A stretch of 64,000 nucleotides of DNA, taken from positions 81,538-145,537 of the forward strand of contig JBAZVM010000002.1 of NCBI GenBank assembly GCA_041660885.1. Reading direction: 5' to 3'. Each line of letters begins with the position of its first letter. Positions within the stretch are counted from its first letter, which is position 1. The position numbers were made by a program, and so were the translations under genes. Positions 8,985-18,574 of this stretch are shown in pieces. Origin of the DNA: Patescibacteria group bacterium. Its GTDB lineage: Bacteria; Patescibacteriota; Patescibacteriia; UBA9570; JAHJKD01. Under the pieces are notes generated by a model. The model was not told the origin of the DNA. It worked only from the letters and a program-made list of their open reading frames with translations, and ran no database searches.

Positions 8985-11140
8985 TCATCGTTGAGTCCCC
9001 AACCAAAGCCAGAACCATTACCAAATTCTTAGGCAAGGATTATCAAATTGAATCTTCTTTCGGCCATGTGCGCGATCTTCCCAAAAGTAAAATGGGCATT
9101 GATATTGAACATAATTTCGAGCCGAAATATATAGTTCCTCTTAAAGCGAAAAAAACTGTTACCAATTTAAAAAAGCTAGCCAAGAAAGCCGGCACGGTCT
9201 ACTTCGCGACTGACGAGGACCGAGAAGGTGAAGCCATTTCTTGGCATTTGGCTCAGATACTTGATGTCCCCGCGGAAAAAGCCAAGCGTATCGCTTTCCA
9301 TGAAATCACCAAAGAAGCCATTCTTAAGGCTTTGGAAAATCCCCGAGAGCTTGATATAAGCTTAGTAGATGCCCAGCAAGCCAGAAGAATATTAGACAGA
9401 TTGGTCGGCTACGAGTTATCGCCTTTTCTATGGAAAAAAATCTATAAGGGTTTATCCGCCGGACGCGTGCAATCCGTGGCCGTGCGCTTGATAGTGGAAC
9501 GCGAAAGAGAACGCCTGGCTTTTAAGCCGGAAGAATTCTGGACCATAGAAGCCATTTTTGAAAAAGACAATTCCGATATAAAAGCTTCCCTGTTTAAAAT
9601 AGACGATAAAAAAATCGCCAAGCTGGGAATCAAGAATAAAGAAGAAGCGGATAAAATTTTAAATGATTTGCAAAACGGCAAATATAAAATCACCGCCATA
9701 GAAAGCAAAGATAAAAAAAGAAATCCTTTACCCCCTTTTACCACCTCCACTTTGCAGCAAGCGGCCAATAATCATTTGGGGTTCTCGGCCAAACAAACCA
9801 TGATGTTCGCGCAAAAACTATACGAAACTGGATACATCACTTATATGAGAACCGATTCTCTTAATTTGGCGGATAAATTTTTAAACGAAGCCGGTGCTTA
9901 TATTAACAGCCAATTCGGTAAAGAATACGCCTCGCGTCGCGTTTTCAAAAGCAAACAAAAAGGCGCGCAAGAAGCCCACGAAGCCATCCGCCCGACAGAA
10001 GCCAATCAAAATCCGGATGACCTTAAAACTAAATTAGAAGACAAACAATTTCGCTTATACGATTTAATCTGGCGCCGCTCCATGGCCTGCCAAATGGCTG
10101 AAGCCATTTTAGGGCAAACCAGCGTGGATATACAAAATGAAGATAACAAATACACTTTCCGAGCTAACGGTTCGCAAGTAAAATTTTTAGGCTGGTTAAA
10201 AGTATGGCCGGATAAAGCCACGGAAAACATTCTGCCGGATTTAAAAGAACAGGAAGAACTGAAAGCCAAAGAAATAAAACCCAACCAACACTTTACTGAA
10301 CCCCCTCCCCGCTTTACAGAGGCCTCCTTGGTAAAAGCATTAGAGGAAAAAGGAATCGGCCGGCCTTCCACTTACGCTCCGACCATTTCCACTATTGTTG
10401 ATAGAAAATATATTATCAAAGAAGAAAAAAGATTAGCCCCGACGGAAATCGGCATGATGGTGAACGATCTGCTTGTAAAACACTTTCCAAAAATCGTGGA
10501 TTTTGAATTCACGGCTAAAATGGAAAAGGATCTAGACGCCGTGGCTGAAGGCCAGCAAAAATGGCAGCCTTTGATTTCTGACTTTTACCAACCTTTTAAA
10601 CAAAACCTTATGCAAAAAGAACAAGAAGTGAATAAGCAAGACTTAATCAAAGAAACCACGGAAGAAAAATGCGAAAAATGTGGCAGCCCCATGATCGTAA
10701 AAATGGGCCGCTATGGAAAATTCTTAGCCTGTTCCGGATACCCCAAATGCCACAACATTAAATCCATGGGCGCCAATGGCGAAGCCGCCAAACCGCAAGT
10801 GCTGGATGAAAAATGCCCGGATTGCGGATCTCCCCTCACTATCAAACGCGGACGCTTCGGCCAATTTACCGGCTGTTCCAACTACCCCAATTGCAAATAC
10901 ATTAAAAAAGAAAAACGCGGCACCGGGGTAAAATGCCCATCATGCAATAAAGGCGAGATTGTAGCGAAGAGATCACGCAGAGGAAAAACCTTCTACGCGT
11001 GTGATCAATACCCGGAATGTAAGAACGCCTACTGGAGCAAGCCTACCGGAGAAAAATGCCCGGATTGCGGAAAACTGCTAGTAGCCGGAGCCAAAGAAAC
11101 CATTCAATGCTCTAATAAAGAATGCGGATATAAAAAATAA
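8969..11140 (+). CDS. topA: DNA topoisomerase I with C-terminal zinc ribbons
   Basis: LVIVESPTKA, ATDEDREGEAI, SAGRVQS, ITYMRTDS (catalytic Tyr), AQEAHEAIRPT, GIGRPSTY, repeated CPxC..C..YPxC. Confidence 0.98.
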   Translation: MAKNLVIVESPTKARTITKFLGKDYQIESSFGHVRDLPKSKMGIDIEHNFEPKYIVPLKAKKTVTNLKKLAKKAGTVYFATDEDREGEAISWHLAQILDVPAEKAKRIAFHEITKEAILKALENPRELDISLVDAQQARRILDRLVGYELSPFLWKKIYKGLSAGRVQSVAVRLIVERERERLAFKPEEFWTIEAIFEKDNSDIKASLFKIDDKKIAKLGIKNKEEADKILNDLQNGKYKITAIESKDKKRNPLPPFTTSTLQQAANNHLGFSAKQTMMFAQKLYETGYITYMRTDSLNLADKFLNEAGAYINSQFGKEYASRRVFKSKQKGAQEAHEAIRPTEANQNPDDLKTKLEDKQFRLYDLIWRRSMACQMAEAILGQTSVDIQNEDNKYTFRANGSQVKFLGWLKVWPDKATENILPDLKEQEELKAKEIKPNQHFTEPPPRFTEASLVKALEEKGIGRPSTYAPTISTIVDRKYIIKEEKRLAPTEIGMMVNDLLVKHFPKIVDFEFTAKMEKDLDAVAEGQQKWQPLISDFYQPFKQNLMQKEQEVNKQDLIKETTEEKCEKCGSPMIVKMGRYGKFLACSGYPKCHNIKSMGANGEAAKPQVLDEKCPDCGSPLTIKRGRFGQFTGCSNYPNCKYIKKEKRGTGVKCPSCNKGEIVAKRSRRGKTFYACDQYPECKNAYWSKPTGEKCPDCGKLLVAGAKETIQCSNKECGYKK

Positions 11141-11154
11141 TAACATCCATTATA

Positions 11155-11180
11155 GCCCCCGAATTAATTCGGGGGTTTTT
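11155..11180 (+). terminator. Intrinsic terminator after topA
   Basis: GCCCCCGAAT-TA-ATTCGGGGGT followed by a T-run. Confidence 0.75.
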
Positions 11181-11218
11181 ATTGCATTATTCAACGAAAT
11201 ATAATAAAATCCCATTAT

Positions 11219-12694
11219 ATGAAATACGAGGAATTGGAAGAAAAAATAAAGATGCACAACCCCAATGCTGATATGGAAAAAATCAAGCGCGCGTTTGATT
11301 TCACGGAAGCCGCGCACCAAGGGCAATTGCGCAAATCCGGAGAACCTTATATCAACCACCCCATAGCCGTTGCTTATAAACTGGCCGATATGGATATGGA
11401 TTCCACCACTATCGTAGCCGGCTTATTGCATGATGTTCCGGAAGACACGAAAAAAACATTAAAGGATATCAAGAATGAATTCGGCGACGATGTCGCCTTG
11501 TTGGTAGACGGCATTACCAAATTAGGCCAGGTTAAATACCGCGGTATGGAAAAGTATATCGAGAATCTACGCAAAATGTTCGTAGCCATGGCCGCCGATA
11601 TACGCGTGATAGTTATAAAGTTTGCCGATCGTATTCATAATCTGGAAACGCTCTCTTTTTTACCGCCCAATAAACAGCAAAGAATCGCCTTGGAAAGTTT
11701 GGAAATATACGCGCCTATTGCCAATCGCCTTGGTATGGGAGAAATAAAAGGCGCTTTGGAAGATTTATCTTTTCCGTATCTTTACCCGAAAGAGTATGAT
11801 TGGATTCAAGAAAGAATTGCCGCGCGCCGCAAAGAAAAAGCCAAATCTCTGCAACTATTCATTAATGATTTGGAAGAACAACTAAAGAAGAATAACATTC
11901 CTTATTATTCCATCCATGGCCGCGCCAAACATTTATACAGCTTATACCATAAACTGCTTCTTCATAATAAAGACATTACAAAAATTTATGATCTGGTGGC
12001 CATTCGGATTATCGTTCCCACGATCGCCCACTGCTACGAGTGTCTCGGTATTCTGCACCAATATTGTAAGCCCTTGAAAGGCCGTATTAAAGATTATATC
12101 GCTCAGCCCAAGCCAAACGGCTACCAATCTTTGCATACTACCGTTTTTACCGGAACCGGAGATATTGTAGAAATCCAAATCAGAACCAAAGAAATGCATT
12201 ATGAAGCCGAATACGGTATAGCGGCTCATTGGAGTTATAAAGATAAAAAAATAGACATTAAAGATAAGATCCACTGGGTAAGCGAACTTTCAAAAACCAT
12301 GCGCGAACCCATGGAGGAAACCGAAGAAAAATTTCTGGAATCACTAAAACTTGATGTTTTCCAAAACCGCATCTATGTTTTTACCCCGAAAGGAGACGTA
12401 TTGGAACTGCCGGAAGACGCCACTCCGGTTGATTTTGCTTATCGCATTCATACCGACATCGGGCATTATTGCGCCGGCGCTAAAATCAACGATCAAATTT
12501 CCGCCTTGGAAACTAAATTAAAAAGCGGAGACGTGGTGGAAATATTCGTGGATAAAAAAAGAAGCGGCCCGGCCGAGGATTGGCTGATTTTCGTTAAAAC
12601 CAGCAACGCTAAAAAACATATTAAAACCTTTTTGCGTAAAACGGAAAAAAAGCAGCTCAAACGCTTGCTTGATTATAAGGGCCCGAAAAATTAA
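11219..12694 (+). CDS. rel: RelA/SpoT family (p)ppGpp synthetase/hydrolase (HD + SYNTH + TGS; ZFD/ACT apparently absent)
   Basis: HQGQLRKSGEPYINHP, LLHDVPED, IKFADRIHN, RIKDYIAQPKPNGYQSLHT, EIQIRT, TGS motif VFTPKG..TPVDFAY. Confidence 0.95.
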   Translation: MKYEELEEKIKMHNPNADMEKIKRAFDFTEAAHQGQLRKSGEPYINHPIAVAYKLADMDMDSTTIVAGLLHDVPEDTKKTLKDIKNEFGDDVALLVDGITKLGQVKYRGMEKYIENLRKMFVAMAADIRVIVIKFADRIHNLETLSFLPPNKQQRIALESLEIYAPIANRLGMGEIKGALEDLSFPYLYPKEYDWIQERIAARRKEKAKSLQLFINDLEEQLKKNNIPYYSIHGRAKHLYSLYHKLLLHNKDITKIYDLVAIRIIVPTIAHCYECLGILHQYCKPLKGRIKDYIAQPKPNGYQSLHTTVFTGTGDIVEIQIRTKEMHYEAEYGIAAHWSYKDKKIDIKDKIHWVSELSKTMREPMEETEEKFLESLKLDVFQNRIYVFTPKGDVLELPEDATPVDFAYRIHTDIGHYCAGAKINDQISALETKLKSGDVVEIFVDKKRSGPAEDWLIFVKTSNAKKHIKTFLRKTEKKQLKRLLDYKGPKN

Positions 12695-13551
12695 TCTTTA
12701 ATGCGAGAAATAATATTTTGCAGTTCTGAAGGCGAGTAATATTCAATGGCAATGGAACCCCCATCGCCTTTCTTTTTTATTTGCACTCTGGTTCCCAGCT
12801 TTTGCATTAATTCTTCTTGCCATGATAATAATTGAGGATCCTGCCAATTAATTTTCTTCTTTTTCTTTTTTAAAGAAGGGTCTTGGTTTAAAGCGTCTTC
12901 CAATTCACGCACGGATAAATTATTGCTCATGATTCTTTTATACAAAGACAGCTGCGCCCCTTCTTTTTCCAAGCTCAATAATATCTTGGCGTGTCCTTCG
13001 CTCAGTTTATTTTCCTTAAGCGCCTTTTGAATTTCTTCCGGCAATTTTAGCAAGCGCAAAGCATTGGCAAACGCCGGCCGGGAAATGCCCACTTTTTTGG
13101 CAGCCACTTCTTGCGTCAGTTGGAACTCATCCATTAATCTTTTATAGCCGTCTGCTTTTTCTATCGGGTTTAAATCCGCTCTCTGGATGTTTTCAATTAA
13201 AGCCAGCTCCAGTTTCTGCTGCTCCGTGGCTTCTTTGATAATGATGGGAACTTTTTTTAATCCGGCGATTTTCGCGGCTTTCAAACGGCGCTCCCCGGCG
13301 ATTAGTTCAAAACCATCGTCTGATCTGGTAACGAGCAAAGGTTGCAATATACCATGCTCTTTGATGGAGTTAATTAAATCCTCCAACTCCTGATGGTGGA
13401 ATTCTTGCCTGGGCTGAAAAGGATTGCTGCTTACAGAGCCAATATCCGCTTCGAGCGATTGCGTATCTGCTACCTTCACTTTATCATCTGTTGGTACAAT
13501 GGGGGTATGGTTTAAAGGTATCAATGAACCTAATCCTTTTCCTAATGCCAT
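12691..13551 (-). CDS. parB: Chromosome partitioning protein ParB
   Basis: LGKGLGSLI, NPFQPR, GILQPLLV, LIAGERRLKAA, ALIENIQRADLNPIE. Confidence 0.97.
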   Translation of the reverse strand: MALGKGLGSLIPLNHTPIVPTDDKVKVADTQSLEADIGSVSSNPFQPRQEFHHQELEDLINSIKEHGILQPLLVTRSDDGFELIAGERRLKAAKIAGLKKVPIIIKEATEQQKLELALIENIQRADLNPIEKADGYKRLMDEFQLTQEVAAKKVGISRPAFANALRLLKLPEEIQKALKENKLSEGHAKILLSLEKEGAQLSLYKRIMSNNLSVRELEDALNQDPSLKKKKKKINWQDPQLLSWQEELMQKLGTRVQIKKKGDGGSIAIEYYSPSELQNIISRIKD

Positions 13552-13559
13552 AAATTTAT

Positions 13560-14327
13560 TTAATTTTTTTCTAAATATAAAATTTCTTGAGCCAGCTTGC
13601 GATAAGCTTTAGCTCCTTTGGAATGTTTGTCGTATTGCAAGATGGATTGCCCGTAAGAAGGCGCTTCAGCTAATTTTACGTTGCGCGGTATAACCGAGCG
13701 AAAAACATAATGCGGAAAATGCTGGTACAACTCGCGTAATATTTCATCGGATAGTTTATTGCGCTTATCAAACATGGTCATGACCGCTCCCAAAACTTTA
13801 ATATCCGGATTCAAATGCTGTTTCACCAGATTAATGGTATTTAATAATTGGCCTAAACCTTCTAAAGCGTAATACTCGCATTGCACGGGTATTAATATTT
13901 CCCTGCCGGCCACGATACTATTAACAGTCAGCAGCCCTAAAGAAGGCGGACAATCTACTATAACAAAATCGTAAGCGTCTTTTATTTTATCGATGTTCTT
14001 TAAAAGCAAATATTCGCGTTCGGGAACGGAAACAAGCTCCACCACAGCGCCGGCTAAATTTGTTGTGGCGGGAATTATATGCACATTTTCAATGGGGGTA
14101 GAGAAAACAACCTCATGAATGGGGTGTTTATTGATCAACGCTTCATAAATACCTTTTTCCAGCTTGGCCATGTCTATTCCCAATCCAGAAGTGGCATTGG
14201 CTTGCGGGTCGGTATCGATCAATAGAACTTTCTTACCTGCTTCGGCCAGAGAATGGCTCAAATTAATAGCGGTAGTGGTTTTTCCCACTCCGCCTTTTTG
14301 ATTAACAATGGTAATTATTCTGCCCAT
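13560..14327 (-). CDS. parA: ParA/Soj ATPase
   Basis: NQKGGVGKTTT, DTDPQANATSGLG, DCPPSLG, PVQCEYYALEG, IPRNVKLAEAPSYG. Confidence 0.97.
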   Translation of the reverse strand: MGRIITIVNQKGGVGKTTTAINLSHSLAEAGKKVLLIDTDPQANATSGLGIDMAKLEKGIYEALINKHPIHEVVFSTPIENVHIIPATTNLAGAVVELVSVPEREYLLLKNIDKIKDAYDFVIVDCPPSLGLLTVNSIVAGREILIPVQCEYYALEGLGQLLNTINLVKQHLNPDIKVLGAVMTMFDKRNKLSDEILRELYQHFPHYVFRSVIPRNVKLAEAPSYGQSILQYDKHSKGAKAYRKLAQEILYLEKN

Positions 14328-14357
14328 AATAGCTGATTATAACAACTTTTACCTGCG

Positions 14358-14386
14358 TTGACAATCAATAATTAATTGCCTATTAT
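14358..14386 (+). promoter_or_regulatory. sigma70 promoter of tRNA-Leu
   Basis: TTGACA-17 nt-TATTAT just upstream of the tRNA. Confidence 0.7.
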
Positions 14387-14403
14387 AGGGTAAGACAATT
14401 TAT

Positions 14404-14490
14404 GCCGGGGTGGCGGAATTGGTAGACGCACACGACTCAAAATCGTGCGGGCTTCGGTCCATGAGAGTTCGATTCTCTCCCTCGGCACCA
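14404..14490 (+). tRNA. tRNA-Leu (anticodon CAA)
   Basis: Acceptor GCCGGGG/CCTCGGC, D-arm GGCGGAATTGGTAGACGC, anticodon arm CACGA-CTCAAAA-TCGTG, long variable arm, T-loop GTTCGATT, encoded 3' ACCA. Confidence 0.97.
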
Positions 14491-14511
14491 AAATATGCTA
14501 TAATACTTTAT

Positions 14512-15015
14512 ATGGCACAGGAGGTCGTCCAACAACAAAATCCACAAAGCAACGAGCCGGAATATTGCTATTGCCCACCTATTATCGATAGCGAATGGGA
14601 TGAAAGAGAGATCGATTGGACAGGCAAACAATTTTTTCGCGCCACTTATCGCGCCTGGCTTTATTCTCCGCGGGAAGATTTAAGCGTTAAAATAATCAAC
14701 GCATATAAAGAAATCGCCAAGCGCGGGTATGGCTTTATTCCTAACGGATTGCACTTGTACCGCGGCGGCATGTTCCGCGGAGAAATTCTCATAGAAATAA
14801 AAAACGGGCACATGGATGACCCGGAAGTAAAAACCTTTATGGGTTATGTTTATTCTAAGATATATATCGGCCCCTTGGCGGATTTGCCTAAGGTTTCTAA
14901 AACTTTCAATTTCAAAGCGTTAAATATTTACACCATTCATTTTTCTTGCCCGGTCTGCACGCCAGATCCCAACTTACAAAAAACCGTGCTTATTGGAGAA
15001 AAAAGATTCTATTAA
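14512..15015 (+). CDS. Conserved Cys-containing hypothetical protein, resembling the uncharacterised 'bacterial hydrolase' family
   Basis: The ORF-track start at 14410 overlaps the tRNA; true start is MAQEVV at 14512. Motifs CYCPP..WD...W..K.F and SCPVC. Confidence 0.6.
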   Translation: MAQEVVQQQNPQSNEPEYCYCPPIIDSEWDEREIDWTGKQFFRATYRAWLYSPREDLSVKIINAYKEIAKRGYGFIPNGLHLYRGGMFRGEILIEIKNGHMDDPEVKTFMGYVYSKIYIGPLADLPKVSKTFNFKALNIYTIHFSCPVCTPDPNLQKTVLIGEKRFY

Positions 15016-15230
15016 GAAAGATAGCCTAATTTTTTCAGGCGTTCTTTTACGTTTTCAATATCTTTTGAAGATAACTTTTGGTCTTCTTTGGCCTTGGTGG
15101 CATAGGCAATATCCCGCAGACAATAGACGATAAAATCGGTTACGGAATTAAACCCGGAATTTTTTGTGACTTCGGCAAGATTGTCGTATAGCTTTCTGGG
15201 AATTTTTATAGTAACTTTTGCTTCTTTCAT
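15012..15230 (-). CDS. Ribbon-helix-helix (CopG-like) protein
   Basis: VTIKIPRKLYD..GFNSVTDFIVYCLR..VKERLKKLGYL. Confidence 0.75.
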   Translation of the reverse strand: MKEAKVTIKIPRKLYDNLAEVTKNSGFNSVTDFIVYCLRDIAYATKAKEDQKLSSKDIENVKERLKKLGYLS

Positions 15231-15231
15231 A

Positions 15232-16434
15232 TTAACTGAACATTAACCATTCCGGTTTTAATATCAATAGAATGCCAATAATAAATATCAATATTCCTCC
15301 GATCAAACTGGAATACCTGGTGTATTTTCCGCTTAATCCGGTAATTTTTAAAGTAGTCATAGCCAGAACAAAGATAAGCATATCATCCAGCATAAAGAAA
15401 AACAAATAAAGGAGGATATAACCGTAATACTGCCAAACTGGCAAATGCGCTAAAGACAATATTTGCGTGAATATGGCGGGAAAGCCCAAGGAGCAAGCCA
15501 GCTCAACCAAATTTACGGTAAAGGCCAGCAAGATAATGCCGATCAAAGCTAAAATAAGATTCGGATTTTTCACAATATCTTTTAATCTCTGAAATACTTT
15601 CTTGCGCGAATCCGTGTTCACCACTTTGCATTCCCCTTCGCGGTTCTTCCAATACTCGCGCAAGAATAATCCTCCGGAGATTATACCAAAACAACCTATA
15701 GCCATTCTGATCCATTGCACGTATCCTAGAAACATTAAAAAATTAAGCCATGCGGCCATGAATAAAAAATAAACAGCGGCTGAAGCGAATATAAAAGTTC
15801 CGCCCAACAGCCACATTCTGGAGCGAGACTTCATTCCCAACAACAGGGTAATTAAAAAAATTAAAACCCACATGGCACAGGGATTAAATCCGTCCAATAT
15901 TCCTATAATTACGGCTAATGCGGGCAAAGAATAATCTTTTAAATCTCTTGATCCGATAAAAGGCAAATTGACAACAGTGGAAATAGTTTTTGTATCATCG
16001 CAATTTTCGTTTGGATTTAAGGTGGTATTGCCCTGAATAATGGTATCTCCGGGGCAAGTGCAGCCATTAGCTAAACAATAATCAATTTGTAATTTAATCT
16101 GCTGGCCGATATTATTCTCATTATCAAAACCGATTATGCCTTTTTGGCCGATAAAGGTGGCGGGCACGCCGGAAACTGAAATGCTATGCGCTTTACCGAA
16201 TTTTTTAAGCAATTCCACGTTATCTTTGTTATACCAAGTTTCGTAGCGGTAGATATTTATTTTATCTCCGTATTCCGTTTTCAGTTTGTCTAAATACAAC
16301 TCTTCAGCCGCGCAATGCGGGCATCCTTGGCCGTAGAAAAAATATACATTAAGAGGTTTTTGCGCTTCTTGGGCAAAAGAATAAACCGGAATTAAAAAGA
16401 GGAGGGAAAAAAATATTAGAAATACTTTTCTCAT
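15232..16434 (-). CDS. Thioredoxin/glutaredoxin-like domain fused to a CcdA/DsbD-like membrane domain
   Basis: Signal peptide, GCPHC, GVP, then a multi-TM region with DGFNPCAMW and ELACS. Confidence 0.8.
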   Translation of the reverse strand: MRKVFLIFFSLLFLIPVYSFAQEAQKPLNVYFFYGQGCPHCAAEELYLDKLKTEYGDKINIYRYETWYNKDNVELLKKFGKAHSISVSGVPATFIGQKGIIGFDNENNIGQQIKLQIDYCLANGCTCPGDTIIQGNTTLNPNENCDDTKTISTVVNLPFIGSRDLKDYSLPALAVIIGILDGFNPCAMWVLIFLITLLLGMKSRSRMWLLGGTFIFASAAVYFLFMAAWLNFLMFLGYVQWIRMAIGCFGIISGGLFLREYWKNREGECKVVNTDSRKKVFQRLKDIVKNPNLILALIGIILLAFTVNLVELACSLGFPAIFTQILSLAHLPVWQYYGYILLYLFFFMLDDMLIFVLAMTTLKITGLSGKYTRYSSLIGGILIFIIGILLILKPEWLMFS

Positions 16435-16462
16435 TGAATATGGCGCAAAAATTATAAATCTA

Positions 16463-17551
16463 TTAGCTGCCGCAACTGGCGTCAGAACCGGTACCGGTAT
16501 CGGAAGATTCGCTTAATTTCGTGGAGCATTCTTCCGGTGCAGTATTAAAGCCGGAACAAACCGCTGTTTTATATGCTTCCGAGGTGCGGGAAGCGCTAAT
16601 AGCCGTATCGTTGATAACCAAAGAAGGAGAACCGGTTACTGCATATTTCTCGTTCAACGCCACTTCATTGGCCAGCAAAGTCAGGGCTTCGTCTTTTTGA
16701 CAAGTGGAGATCTTGGCGGTATCAAGGCCAGCGGATTTTGCTTGTTCTTCCCAGCAAGTGTCAACATCTTTTGAAGTGCAGTTGGCATTGGCTTTTTCCA
16801 CGAAAGCCCAATATTTATCCGGTTGGTATTTGAAGGCGCAAAGCTCGCGCACATCTTGATTCAATTCTTGGATGCCATGCATGGAGCAATATTTGTTTTC
16901 AGAATCTAAACAATATTCGCTGCCTTCGTAACCGAAATCGGAATTGTATATAACATAATGCGGTTCAATGATGGCTTTATCTTTTAACAAATCAACAACG
17001 GGCTTCATGGCTGATTCGGCTAAATTGCCATAAGGGCAATAGCTCATGGTAAACAACAAAGCCGTAGCTTTTTCCGCTTTTGGGGCTTCCGTGCTTTGGT
17101 TAGTGCTGCTGGCGTTGGTATTGGTATTAGTACTGGCTGTTTCATCCATTTCATAAGCTTCGGGGAAAAATAATGTGCCGTCTTTGCTCATGTATGAATT
17201 AACGTCTTGGCCGGAAAATGTAACGGTCATGGAATATACGCCTTTATCGTCTTTTACATTGCTTACCGTGGCTTCCACTTGATTCTGCAATAGGTCATCA
17301 TTGATATATTTGGTTACTTTATCTATAGCGGCTTGCTTGCCCATAGTTTGGTACTTGCCCATGCTCAAAGTATATCCGCCAAGGCTGATAGAGCCCTTTA
17401 CCGCTAATAAAACTCCTAAAACAATCATAATTAACGCTAATAAACCGGCCACAACCCAAGCAATGGAAATGACGGATTCTTTCTTTTCTTTTAAGCCTTT
17501 AATTGGTTCATCTTTTTTAACTTCCTTTAATTCTTCCTTTTTTTCTTCCAT
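16463..17551 (-). CDS. Membrane-anchored thioredoxin-fold (DsbA/GILT-like) Cys-rich protein
   Basis: N-terminal TM, FTMSYCPYG, CSMHG..EL..D.RELC, GSPSLVIN. Confidence 0.7.
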   Translation of the reverse strand: MEEKKEELKEVKKDEPIKGLKEKKESVISIAWVVAGLLALIMIVLGVLLAVKGSISLGGYTLSMGKYQTMGKQAAIDKVTKYINDDLLQNQVEATVSNVKDDKGVYSMTVTFSGQDVNSYMSKDGTLFFPEAYEMDETASTNTNTNASSTNQSTEAPKAEKATALLFTMSYCPYGNLAESAMKPVVDLLKDKAIIEPHYVIYNSDFGYEGSEYCLDSENKYCSMHGIQELNQDVRELCAFKYQPDKYWAFVEKANANCTSKDVDTCWEEQAKSAGLDTAKISTCQKDEALTLLANEVALNEKYAVTGSPSLVINDTAISASRTSEAYKTAVCSGFNTAPEECSTKLSESSDTGTGSDASCGS

Positions 17552-17615
17552 ATGTGTTTTAATATATTATTAATAAATAGCACGCTATTTAAAATAGCAA
17601 AAAATGCTTTTTCAG

Positions 17616-18128
17616 TCAATCCTTTCTTATCCTGTATAAAAACACTTTAGACCCTCCCTCTTCCTGAGAAACGCTAGCTGGCTGCCATCCTGGTATGGGC
17701 CATATATATGCAATTACTTTAGCATTTTTTTTCATTGTCTGCATTAATTTATCTTTTATTTGTATATTTATTTTAGGCATGAGAAATAGATATACTATAT
17801 CTGCTTTTGACAAATCGGCGCTATTATAATTTTTAAAATAAATATGGGCATTTTTTAAACGGAAAGTCCTTAACTTGGCTATTAAATATGGCAAGATGGA
17901 AATTTCATAGCCGAAACATTTAGCTCCGGCTTTTGCCGCGGCCGCGACGACACGGCCGTCTCCGCAACCTAAATCATAGAAATTATCTTCTGCTTTTATC
18001 TGAGCAATTTTGATAATCCGAGTAATATCTTTTTTATAAGTCGGCACCCAGGGCGCTCCTTTAAAACCGGCATAAGCCGCGGATAATATAACAAGAAATA
18101 ATAGTATTAGAAGAAAAGTGAACCACAT
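17616..18128 (-). CDS. Membrane-anchored class I SAM-dependent methyltransferase (FAM173/aKMT-like)
   Basis: N-terminal TM, GAPWVPT, YDLGCGDGRVV, GYEIS, ADIVYLFL. Confidence 0.8.
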   Translation of the reverse strand: MWFTFLLILLFLVILSAAYAGFKGAPWVPTYKKDITRIIKIAQIKAEDNFYDLGCGDGRVVAAAAKAGAKCFGYEISILPYLIAKLRTFRLKNAHIYFKNYNSADLSKADIVYLFLMPKINIQIKDKLMQTMKKNAKVIAYIWPIPGWQPASVSQEEGGSKVFLYRIRKD

Positions 18129-18145
18129 GTGAAATTTATTTAATA

Positions 18146-18173
18146 AAAATACCCCGCAGATGCGGGGTATTTT
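18146..18173 (-). terminator. Intrinsic terminator after the HU gene
   Basis: Perfect inverted repeat AAAATACCCCGCA-GA-TGCGGGGTATTTT. Confidence 0.85.
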
Positions 18174-18186
18174 AAAAACACATTAT

Positions 18187-18468
18187 TTACATTACAGCTT
18201 CTTTCGCGGCTTTGGCTACGCGGAATTTGCAAACAGTTTTCGCGGGGATCTGGATGGTTTCACCGGTGGCAGGGTTGCGGCCTTGTCTGGCTGGGCGATT
18301 CTTTTTCACCATTTTACCCAAACCTGGCAAAGTGATTTCACCGTTGTTTTTCACTTCTTTGTAAGCGGTTTCCACTAAAAGATCAAAGAAAGCAGCCACT
18401 TCTTTGCGGCTCTTGCCCGATTTTTCGGCTAAATAGCCGTACAATTGGGACTTAGTCATTTTAGCCAT
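18187..18468 (-). CDS. hup: HU family DNA-binding protein
   Basis: MTKSQL..LAEK, ITLPGLGK, RPARQGRNPATGETIQIPAK. Confidence 0.95.
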   Translation of the reverse strand: MAKMTKSQLYGYLAEKSGKSRKEVAAFFDLLVETAYKEVKNNGEITLPGLGKMVKKNRPARQGRNPATGETIQIPAKTVCKFRVAKAAKEAVM

Positions 18469-18574
18469 AATTTTTTCTTAATTGCTTAATTGTTAGTTAG
18501 TTCTTTTTCCTTAGATATCTTACACAAAAAGCTTAAAAAAGCCAATAGACTCGGGGGAAAAGTGGTGGATTTTA

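Noticed and set aside
11152-11180. REP- or IS200/605-like palindrome
   Set aside because: One copy, no transposase; its position and T-run fit a topA terminator.
14410-14511. N-terminal extension of ORF 14410-15015
   Set aside because: It is a translation of the tRNA-Leu gene; the real start is 14512.
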